Positions 44,268-54,996 of a stretch of 64,000 nt of DNA are shown here, piece by piece. A program made the translations under genes and the position numbers. This DNA is from Octopus vulgaris (taxonomy: Eukaryota), in NCBI GenBank assembly GCA_951406725.2, contig OX597821.1, forward strand, positions 37,634,001-37,698,000. The letters run 5' to 3'. The notes beneath the pieces were generated by a model that saw only the letters and a program-made list of their open reading frames with translations, was not told where the DNA came from and made no database searches. Each line of letters opens with the position of its first letter. Within the stretch, counting starts at the first letter, position 1.

Positions 44268-44310
44268 AAATTTTCGCTGAAGGAGGACACTGTCCGAAAC
44301 GTTGAATTTT
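44268..44310 (+). ncRNA. Degenerate PLE-type minimal hammerhead
   Basis: CUGAAGG-A-GGAC(ACU)GUCC-GAAAC-GUU-GAAUUU. Perfect 4-bp helix II, A9 changed to G, weak helix I. Confidence 0.5.
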
Positions 44311-45808
44311 CCAATCGTGGAAATTTAACTGTAGTGTTTTTGTCGATTTTACAACGTCTTGCCGACATAGATCAATACCAGCCTCTTTGAAGTGTGTTTG
44401 ATCCCACACACACAGACTCACACATACATATATGCTCACCCCCACATATATACATACATTTATATGCATGCATATATATATGCATATATATATGTATATA
44501 TGTATGTATATGCATATATCCAAGTGCACCTCTTGTGCATGATCTTCAACAGATTAACATCATGTGTTGTTTGTATGTACACAACTCAAGATCGATTGAA
44601 TGCACCCTCAAGCACTACTTACAGGCATCAGCTCGACTCTCTCTCCCTACTGTATGTCAAACTGTATAAGGTGGGGTCCACGTCATATTTCAGCCCTCAA
44701 GCTAGTGTGTAACCTCTCGGTTACACGTTTGATCTTCTCCAGTCACCTGATCCGTCGGAGCATGTACGGTAAACCCGACTGTCTTACGGAATCGAACTCA
44801 GCGAAGATAATATCTAATTTTTGGTTCACGTATTTCTCATGAATCTGTGCGAATGCCCTATCCATGCTGCTTCTTTCTTTTTTGAATCAACACTTAAATT
44901 CATCTGCTAACCGTTATGATTTTCTAAGCTAGCTCAGGATTTTCTCGTCTCTAGCGAAGAAGAAAACTTCTTCGATTGTTCTCTAATTCATCCTTATCTC
45001 CCTTTCTAAATATTGGGTTCATTCCCCGTGGCAACTCAAACCTCCTACAGCAGCCATATTATCGAGAGTCAGGCGCTAATAAAGGTAAGAAAATTTATCT
45101 ATCAGGACGATATATTCAATGTTGTCCTGATAGATATTGCTAGTTTCACTGATGTAGAACACGGGGTGAATCAAGTCATTTTGGCATATGGAAGCTTGAA
45201 AGCATTAATGTGGAAATAAGTCAGCACCAGAGCAAATATATCCAACAATGGTATCATTCCTTCCTTTTATTCGGGTTGTAGGTTTCGACTGTATGACACA
45301 AACGGGTAAAATATATTATTTATGATGAGAGATCTGAAACAAATTACAAATATCACAGGAAAAGATAAAGTCAGGTATATTTCTATCCTATAGAATTCCA
45401 AGCCGCCTTCTACAGAAGAGATACAGGTGCAGTGACGCTGCTGTGTTAGTCATGTCCAAATAATGGCGAAAACCTGATTGCCAATTTTTTTTTCTAATTG
45501 TTTAGAGGTGCCAAATATCTGAGTAGATTTCGATTGAGATAGAACGATGTAGTTAAACGTAGCATGAGAAAACTGGCCATTGATATCTTGTTGCCGATAG
45601 ATGTAGAGTTCGAGTCAATTGTTTGCTCCGCATGAAACTAACTCAGTCGAAGACTCCAGAAAGAATCGTGGGCAGGAAAGAAATCAACGTGGGTTGGTGC
45701 TCTGAGGGGGGAAATGGATAATGCAGGCGGGGGCTAGGAGACGAGACGACACAGGTTACGATGGTAATTCTATACAAACATGAAGTTAGAAACGACGAGA
45801 TCGTTGTC

Positions 45809-45865
<57 letters not shown>

Positions 45866-47896
45866 AGAAAGAGAAAGAAAGAGAAAGAAAGAGAGAGATA
45901 GATAGAAGTAAGAGTGAAGTCAAGATCTTTATGAGCTACATATAATAAGACCTATAATATGTCTTGTTCTTATCTATCCCTGAAGAAAGCAAAAGAAAAG
46001 TTGATCACCGTATAAAATGAGACGAACCAAATTTCAGTCAGAAGCCTTTGACAGACCCATGCTTATGATAAAGAAGAACTCACGAGGACAGCGTCTGGCA
46101 ATTTACTACGATACATACATGCGCACATACATGTATGCATGTGTGTATACATATATATATATATAAACTGTATAATTGTATTGAGTAATTCTTCAGTTTA
46201 TGCCTTTTGTATTCTTTCATCGTGGGACTAAATAATGCTGTTCACATGAGCATTGGTTGAGCACTTTACCTCGCAAAGACTAATTATGATGCACCCTGTG
46301 GAAATTTGTTGCTCTAAATACTGAACAAAATTAACTCTAACAGTTTTATTTGAAAACTGAAATGTAAATAATGTTTGCCATTGTTGTTGCGATGTTAAAG
46401 AAAGTAAACCATTTCAATAACTGACGGAAATAAATTTGTTTCAAACTAAACTTCAAGAACTGTAAACATTTCTTTAGATGTAACAAAAACATGGTTTTGT
46501 GCCTAAAGTAGAAGTGAGAGTACAACACACGATATCGTTTTAGTGAAAGACAGAAAGAAAAAATGATTGTCAACGAAACTAGGATGTTAAGTTTATATTT
46601 AGAATATGTTTAGCAGACACAGTAGTAAAGACCTAGCAGCGGCGGCGGCAGCAGCAGCAGCGTGCTGGGTGATTTCGCTTGAAGGGGAAAAGTAGGTAAA
46701 CGAAGTCGATGTATGGAAGAAGTTTCTGTAGACCCTTTCTGTTGTTGTATTAGTCATCTGAAGAAGTGGGACACTTGGTGTTCTTAAACCTACGTATGCT
46801 ACTAGCCTTACCAGACTTGAATGCTTGAAGCATTTAGAGCAAAAGCAAAAAATCCCCAGCGGTAGTAACGGCAGCGAGACGAAATATAGCTTTTGCTACT
46901 ATTTTTATTCAACTTTGTCGACTGCGCCAATTAATTTTCTTTTATTGAAATAATCTATATAATTTATATAAAGTTTGGAGACATGCTTAGACTTGTAAAC
47001 TACGATAAGAATAACACTGGTCAACAAAGAATTTGTCCAAAGGGGAAGAATACTTATATCTTATATGTTTTTGCATGCAGAATTCTAAAACAATGTCAAA
47101 TTAATCTGTTCACCCAAAGTTTTTCTGTTTTACGATATCCCACCACCCCAGATCCTGTTACGTTGCTAAATCTCAGTTAAGCTGTTGAAATGTGAAGCTA
47201 ACGGTTTAAGAAATATTCCTAGTTAAATTTTTTTGGAACAGAATTAACCTAGTGAAATCATAAATCCAGCTATCTGAATTAATGAATTAATTAATATATT
47301 TAAATTAAATGAATATATATGAAAAATATATGAATTGAAAATATCTAAAAATACTAACACACAGCAGCACAGAAAAATATTTAACACACACAGAAAAATT
47401 AAAACAAAGTACGTGGGTGAAAAGAATTTCGTGATGTGAAGAATTAAATGTGAAAAATCAACATAGAACAACGTGTGGTACAGACAACAGTGAGGTGAAC
47501 CACAACACAGCGTGCGGTTGTCATGGTAACGCTGTCTATTGATTGGCTAAAATTACCCATATTTCCCAACTTTAATTTCAAATAACACCAGGTTCTTTAA
47601 TTTACGAAATAAAGCAATCAGTTGATCGTAACCAAAATTCAGAGTTGCATCGATACACCAAAACTAAAAGCAATCTGAGCGAAATTAAAGGGGGTGTGTG
47701 TTTTATTTTGCGAATAAAAAGACTAGATTCTTTCGTTTTTACTGACAGGTGCACAGATAAATAATTATCTGTATTATGTAGCCCAGAGGGAATAATAGTA
47801 GTTAACGATTTCTGAATAAAAGTAGATTGTTTTGTAAACTGTTATAGTATATGGAATCCAGAAGTGCACAGCAGTCGTAATATATATATATATATA

Positions 47897-48103
47897 TTTA
47901 CTCTTTTACTCTTTTACTTGTTTCAGTCATTTGACTGCGGCCATGCTGGAGCACCGCCTTCAGTCGAGCAAATCGACCCCGGGACTTATTCTTTGTAAGC
48001 CCAGTACTTATTCTATCGGTCTCTTTTGCCGAACCGCTAAGTGACAGTGACGTAAACACACCAGCATCGGTTGTCAGGCAATGCTAGGGGGACAAACACA
48101 GAC

Positions 48104-48136
<33 letters not shown>

Positions 48137-48308
48137 CATATATACGACAGGCTTCTTTCAGTTTCCGTCTACCAAATCCACTCACAAGGCATTGGTCGGC
48201 CCGGGGCTATAGCAGAAGACACTTGCCCAAGATGCCACGCAGTGGGACTGAACCCGGAACCATGTGGTTGGTTAGCAAGCTACTTACCACACAGCCACTC
48301 CTGCGCCT
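47897..48308 (-). mobile_element. tRNA-derived SINE family A, full length
   Basis: Minus-strand head GGCGCAGGAGTGGCTGTGTGG (A box)...GGTTCAGTCCC (B box), CTTGGGCAAG core, internal (TA)/(TG) tract, tail ...GACTGAAACAAGTAAAAGAGT. Several copies in the window. Confidence 0.92.
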
Positions 48309-48530
48309 ATATATATATATATATATATATATAATGATAAATATCAGAGTGAGTTATATACAGTAGCGGTAACACATCGTGACGTATATTTGCCATCTCA
48401 ATATGGCTACCCCTAAGGGTGGATGCTACTGTAGTTTTTAGCCCCAGGAGGACACATTCCTCCAGCTGGCCATAGACACACTTTCTGTGTCCTGTCAGTA
48501 TTTGCAAAGGGAAGTCATCCTTCCCGTCTT

Positions 48531-48600
48531 CAACTTATGATACACACGGACTCGAGTTTCGAGGTATTGACCTCTCGTCAGCGTGTGACAATCATAGTTG
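48531..48600 (-). ncRNA. Type I hammerhead ribozyme, intact core, minimal palindromic helix III
   Basis: Minus strand reads CACACG-CUGACGA-GAGGU(CAAU)ACCUC-GAAAC-UCGA-GUC^CGUGUG. Helix I is 6 bp and extended by CAACUAUGAU/AUCAUAAGUUG. Helix II is 5 bp. Predicted cleavage between 48549 and 48548. Confidence 0.95.
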
Positions 48601-48858
48601 TCGGCGAGAATTAGATTTCCTTCACAAATACTTATACTTTTTCCAGCGTCCACTGTCGCTGATATTGAAAAAGTGAAATCAAACAATGATAAATATCAGA
48701 GTGAGTTATATACAGTAGCGGTAACACATCGTGACGTATATTTGCCATCTCAATATGGCTACCCCTAAGGGTGGATGCTACTGTAGTTTTTAGCCCCAGG
48801 AGGACACATTCCTCCAGCTGGCCATAGACACACTTTCTGTGTCCTGTCAGTATTTGCA

Positions 48859-48910
48859 AACTCGAGTTTCGAGGTATTGACCTCTCGTCAGCGTGTGACA
48901 ATCATAGTTG
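48859..48910 (-). ncRNA. Second hammerhead copy, lacking the 3' strand of helix I
   Basis: Identical CACACG-CUGACGA-helix II-GAAACUCGAG, but a 42-bp deletion next to the cleavage triplet removes CGUGUGUAUCAUAAGUUG. Confidence 0.85.
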
Positions 48911-49238
48911 GAAGTCACATACTTATACTTTTTCCAGCGTCCACTGTCGCTGATATTGAAAAAGTGAAATCAAACAATGATAAATATCAGAGTGAGTTAT
49001 ATACAGTAGCGGAACACATCCCATCTCAATATGGCTACCCCTAAGGGTGGATGCTACTGTAGTTTTTAGCTCTTCACATTCCTCCAGCTGGCCATAGACA
49101 CACTTTCTGTGTCCTGTCAGTATTTGCAAAGGGAAGTCATCCTTCCCGTCTTCAGCTGGAGGAATGTGTCCTCCTGGGGCTAAAAACTACAGTAGCATCC
49201 ACCCTTAGGGGTAGCCATATTGAGATGGCAAATATACG

Positions 49239-49274
<36 letters not shown>

Positions 49275-49523
49275 TGAATTACTTCTCTTATTAACATTGC
49301 CAATATACTGTATATATATTTACTAAGCTTTAATCCGATATCTATTATGGCGTTAAACCCACTCAAAACAAACATAAAGTAAATAACCCCTGTGACTGAG
49401 GCACCTTGTTAAACACTTCCTAATCCATAGACGGTTGAGTATACCTGTTTGCCCTTGTAATTCTTGACCTGAATTGCACTTCTTATGACACCTTCCATGC
49501 AACACAATACTGTTATATATACA

Positions 49524-49901
49524 TCTCTCTATATATAAACGGCAGTTTGTCTGTGCGTGTTTCTGTGTGTCTGTTTTCTTGTACCCTCACCCTGACCACG
49601 GCTTTCAACTGATTCTGATGAAACTTGACACACACATAGCCCAATGTCAAAATTCAAAACTAACGCAGTGAAAATTTTGAAAAGTTCCCCCAGTTCTGAA
49701 AAAGATCGGTAAATTCGACATGGGGTCGACAATCAGAAACACAAACCACAGGGGACGCAACTCGACCTTTTTAACTATCAAAAAAAAAAATTTACCATCA
49801 TTTTTTTTCCCATTTTTTTGCTATTTTTTGGCTATAACTCTCTAAAAATGCTTTATAGTTATTTCCCTTACAAACCCGAGCAACGCCGGGCGATACTGCT
49901 A

Positions 49902-49902
<1 letters not shown>
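49524..49902 (+). mobile_element. Non-autonomous Helitron, complete
   Basis: A|TC 5' end (TCTCTCTATATATAAA), 3' hairpin CCCGAGCAACGCCGGG, terminal CTAG|T. Confidence 0.85.
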
Positions 49903-49935
<33 letters not shown>

Positions 49936-50279
49936 GTAAAGGACGTCACCAACGATGAAAATAACATGAAATAGGTAAATAAACGAGTTAAAACGCGCAC
50001 ACACACAAACAGGGACACAAAACAAACATATGCGCACATAAGGATACACATTTTAGAAGAACGGAGTGGAGTAAGTGGAGCAAGAACACACACGAAAACG
50101 ATTGTGTCGCTGAAGCGGTCACAGATGTGTGACGAAGAATTTCCAGACAATGGACATGAGTTAAAATAATAAAATAAGAACAGTAATAAACGAGTTAAGA
50201 AAAAATATATAGCGCATGTTTATTTGGCCAGAAAAGAAAGACCATCCCGAAATACATCAATATATATATATATATGTAT

Positions 50280-50527
50280 AAAATTAGAAAGAACCACCTT
50301 TTATCAATTCAAAATGAACAATTAAATTACACCATCTAGAAAATACCAATGATTAAGTAAATAGCAAAAAAATAATAAAATGTTTTTATTATTTTTTTGT
50401 TATTTTTTGCTATTTACTTAATCATTGGTATTTTATTGTTATTTTAATTTTAATATTTCTATTATATGTAATTTTCTAGATTTAATTGTTCATTTTGAAT
50501 TAATAAAAGGTGGTTCTTTCTAATTTT
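50280..50527. repeat. Long AT-rich fold-back
   Basis: 50280-50327 pairs with 50480-50527 (1 mismatch). 50340-50371 pairs with 50403-50434. Confidence 0.92.
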
Positions 50528-50615
50528 TTATATATATATTATATTGTGTGAAATTTGATTTAGTATTTCTAAATTGAATTTTTTCCCTGTAAGTTAGGAT
50601 TAATATTCCCTCAAA

Positions 50616-50755
<140 letters not shown>

Positions 50756-51313
50756 GTGTGTGTATGCTTGTATGTATATGCGTGTGTGTTTGTGTCTGTT
50801 TGTATTAAAACTTTTTTCTATAAATTGCAAATGTTTCTCTTAATTCTTTCTTTTTTGATTTGCAGAAATGTGAGTGCTTCATACCATTCTTTTAATCTTT
50901 TCCTCTTATTTTCAAAAACTAAGTCAAAGATTATATTTGAAAGTTATTCTTTATCTCTTCCAGTTTCCGTATTCTTTTTCTGCCAACATTTTCTATCCAC
51001 ATCTAACACTTAAAGGTGAGAAAGAGAGAATATTTTCATAACGTTCAGATCTATTTTTAGTTGACAAGTCTGATCTCTGTTGCTCTTAAGGGCTTTTAAG
51101 AGAATAAGGTGTATGTGTTTCAGACTAGAATTGTGCAACCATTTTTGGTTGTGAAAACTACTGCCTTGCATTACTGTCACTGACGGGAACCATAGAATTG
51201 GTACCTGGCAGAGAGACAAAAGTAAAAACAAGCAGTTTTATACTTTTCCTTAAAGTATTGTCTAGTCAAAAATATAATCGAGAAATACATACACCATAAC
51301 TAATTTAAGAATA

Positions 51314-51688
51314 CAATGATACCTCGCAGTACGAGTTTAATTCGTTCCATGGCAGAGATCGTCTTACGATTTACTCGTTTTACAAATCAATTTTCCCCTT
51401 TGAAATTAACTAAAATATAATTAATCCGTTCCATCCCCACAAAACCACTCAAAAATATTTTTTATGGGTTTTAGAACAGAAAAAGTGTAATTACAAGTAA
51501 AATGACAATTATAAAAAAGAGAATGTAAAAGAAATATGTAAACAGCTTTTTTAACTGAATTATCTTAAAGACTTATGTGCTCGCACTGCGGATTTTAGCT
51601 CATACTTCAAGACAAAAATTCGCACGAGTTTCGGCTCATACAGTAAATTACTCGGACAACTGGGCACTCGTACTGCGAGGTTCTGCTC
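51314..51688. mobile_element. Tigger/pogo-type MITE
   Basis: TA flanks. TIR core ACCTCGCAGTACGAGT / ACTCGTACTGCGAGGT. Confidence 0.8.
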
Positions 51689-52041
51689 TATTTTTCTCTT
51701 CAATTCCAAACGTACAATCGATAAAATGGGAATAATACTCTTTTGCTCAAAGATTAGCTGAAATTCTGATATATCCATTAACTATTTCCAAAATTGATGT
51801 TTTGCTCTAATAAAATACTCGTAAAGCTACTACCACTCCAATGTTTATAGCCTATAAGCACAATAATTTTTTTTTATCATAGGCACGAAATTGACTTTCA
51901 CAACATATTTGCGGCTCCTTTTCATCTGTCCATTAATCAGGTATTATCGTAAACTGCTATGGATTAGAAGATATTTCAGTTTTACAAATAGATTTCTTTT
52001 TAATACAATAAGAGTACTTATCAAAGTAGTGTGTGTATTCA

Positions 52042-52079
<38 letters not shown>

Positions 52080-52426
52080 CTGGAGTCAGTTCGGTTAACA
52101 TGCTTCTTTCAAATTTGGACACGACAATCTTCAGAGGACCTATTTAAAAAAAAAAACATGTTGAGGAAAACACAGTGTGACTGCGAACCACGCAGTGTCT
52201 GATGAGACGGTTGTTTTGTCTCGTGGGCTATAAGAAATGGTAACAAACCGTTCATGTTGTTTTAGTTACATTGAAGAATCAATCAGAGCTCTCTGTTGTT
52301 TCACTTTTCGGTTTTGCAGTTTTTCTTCTCAGGGGCGGCTGGAATGGTTATAAATTTTAACATGCTTGACCAGCTTTTAGAAATCTATGGAAAATTCCTT
52401 GAACCTTTTGAATAAGTCTCTCCTCA

Positions 52427-52629
52427 GTTACTCTTACTCTTTACTCTTTTACTTGTTTCAGTCATTTGACTGCGGCCATCCTGGAGCACCACCTTTAGTC
52501 GAGCAAATCGACCTCGGAACTTATTCTTTGTAAGCCCAGCACTTATTCTATCGGTCTCTTTTGCCGAACCGCTAAGTGACGGGGACGTAAACACACCAGC
52601 ATCGGTTGTCAAGCAATGCTAGGGGGACA

Positions 52630-52716
<87 letters not shown>

Positions 52717-52850
52717 GACAGGCTTCTTTCAGCTTCCGTCTACCAAATCCACTCACAAAGCATTGGTCGGCCCGGGGCTATAGCAGAAGACACCTGCCCA
52801 AGATGCCACGCAGTGGGACTGAACCCGGAACCATGTGGTTGGTTAGCAAG
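52427..52850 (-). mobile_element. SINE family A, 5'-truncated
   Basis: Near-identical to 47897-48308 but lacks the A box. Confidence 0.9.
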
Positions 52851-53271
52851 TTAAGAAAGTTCCGTTGAAAATTAATTTGTTGCTTAATATTACTGAACAA
52901 TACTTAACACCCCTTTAGTATTTTTCTGTCTTATTTACGAGAGAGAAATGAAATAAATTAGCTTTCAGTTATTTTGTAACGAACATTGCAAATGTAGCTG
53001 TTGTTGTCAAAGTTAGCTCCAGTTTGGTTCTCAACTATCGATGTAGGCCCATTTTCTTCGGGGCAGAGTTATGCTTAACTGACCACACCGCCATTGTCCT
53101 AATTTTGTCATTTACGAAAGTATTTTCTGTTAATTCTGCTTTCTTAACTAAATCGATGCTCATTCTCTTTCTACACACTTAGGCAGATAATTTAAGTAAG
53201 AAGCAACACATTGCATTGTCCGGTTATCCTGGGTTCACTATTGCTTGTCATCAAAAAATGTAGCCATACCA

Positions 53272-53555
53272 TCTACATATATAAAACTGAGAATGTGTAT
53301 GTGTGTGTGTGCATCACTAAAACTCGAGAACTACCCAACTGATTTCAGTCAAATTTTATACATCCCTTACTTAGGATCCATGGAGTGTCATGGGCCAAAA
53401 AGATTATCGATGTCTTGCCTAATGCAAGCCGAGAGCAATATTTTATCCCTTACGCTGTTTCGGTATTACGTGTCAAAAGTGAAACAATAACATCTCTATT
53501 GTAAAGTGATATAATACTTTCACTATTATATGGTTTCAATTTCAATTACTTTCAC
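53272..53555 (+). mobile_element. Helitron-like 5' fragment
   Basis: A|TCTACATATATAAAA start, (GT)n, then AACTGATTTCAGTCAAATTTTATACA resembling the 49524 element. No 3' CTAG end found. Confidence 0.55.
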
Positions 53556-53658
53556 TATGTATGTATATATATATATATAAATATATGTATAATAATAATT
53601 AACAGAATGAGATAAAAAATCCAAGGCTGTGAATAGTTTTCAGAACATTTATATAGAG

Positions 53659-53706
53659 GTCTTACAACTGTTTCTGGTATATTTTATATATCCTTTCATC
53701 AGAGAC
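53659..53706 (-). ncRNA. PLE-type hammerhead variant
   Basis: GUCU-CUGAUGA-AA-GGAUAUAU(AAA)AUAUACC-A-GAAAC-AGUU-GUA^AGAC. 4-bp helix I and extra bases flanking helix II. Confidence 0.6.
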
Positions 53707-54931
53707 GGTGCGAGAAAATGTTTAAGTAATAATTATTGTAGAGAAGATATGAAATACAGAGGGAAGTGAAGGGATGAAAATAGAATTGAGATACGTAAGG
53801 ATATTGTATTTGCAGTCCATTATTTAAGCAGAATGGTGCATATGTAAGTTTCCTGCGCCTTGTGTGTGAGTTCCAATGGTGTTTATATTTGGTCATTCTT
53901 GTAAACGGTGTTATTGGATCGAGGTTCTTTTTCTGGAGTGACTTAAACATTGGAAATGTGTTTGTAAGGTCAAATCAAAAACAGGAAGAGAAAACACGGG
54001 GGTGGGACAAACAAGTGAAGAAAGGTGTGTTAGCTAGTGGTCAATGTAACTGTATTCTGAAGAACTAATTTCTTCCATATTTTTCCTTACTAAAAAGTAT
54101 ATAATTTAAGCTATATTAGTCTGAAGCTAATAATTTCATAGAATAACTAACAAAAGTGAACTTATTTCCTTGTGATTGTCATCTTTAACATTTCGTTTAA
54201 AGTTTTATTTGTTTTAGCTTATATTTTGATGGGGTCTTGGCGGCATAACATTGCGTAAGTCCTTTATTGACTTCTCAACTCCTTTTGGTGTGACAAGGTC
54301 AATGCCATTACGTGTTGAGCTCCAAATGTTCTCATCTGTCGTATCGACAAATCACTTTGATGAATAAATCTGAATTTGAAATGTGTGTTCGATGTCTTGT
54401 CGTTTCTGTAATTCCTTCGACTTTATACACCACATGAATGCAGAACCGTCCATTATAACGGATTGAACCTTTTCAACATCTACATACAACTCAAGCGAAA
54501 TTTTATTATTATGAAAACCTTAAATAACTGAATTTCAATCTTTGTAATATTTACCGCCACATTTCAGTCTTCAGTTCATAACCTCCAACCGCCAATCATT
54601 GTGATTTTTTTTTTTTTTTTTGTGTAGTTTCTACGAGTTTTTCTCACCAATGTCTTAATCATCACATCTTTCCATTCAGAAAAAAAAATAGTCGTTCTTC
54701 TGATGAAGAAAATCTGTTCTTCACGCTCGCTTGCATCAGTATTTATGTAGCGTTAATTTGATATGAACAAATATTTACTCAAATTATAAAATACGTATTG
54801 ATAACATGATATTTTAATTATCTTCATTCTCTACTTCATTCACTGACTTTCCTCCCATTCTCTTGTCACGCTCTTATTGCTTCACTAAAATCACTAATAA
54901 TCACTATTAGCACATACACAAGCACATGTAA

Positions 54932-54963
<32 letters not shown>

Positions 54964-54965
54964 GT

Positions 54966-54996
<31 letters not shown>

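Larger units (their letters stand above)
48333..49242 (-). mobile_element. Retrozyme-like tandem array (about 2.5 copies of a 352-bp hammerhead-containing monomer, terminal 90-bp inversion)
   Basis: Unit start AATGATAAATATCAGAGTGAG recurs at 48333, 48685 and 48976 (periods 352 and 291). One hammerhead motif per complete unit. 49153-49242 is the reverse complement of 48379-48468. Flanked by (TA)n on both sides. No credible ORF. Confidence 0.9.

Noticed and set aside
48307-49129. Repeated minus-strand ORFs (…GHRKCVYGQLEEC…)
   Set aside because: By-product of the tandem non-coding monomer; frames are not preserved between units.
48333-49152. CRISPR-like or ordinary satellite interpretation of the tandem
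   Set aside because: No short repeat/unique spacer pattern, eukaryotic context, and the ribozyme explains the unit.
49610-49630. CTGATGAAAC
   Set aside because: No helix II; part of the Helitron internal motif.
52195-52255. CTGATGAG followed by a possible stem
   Set aside because: No GAAA closing helix II.
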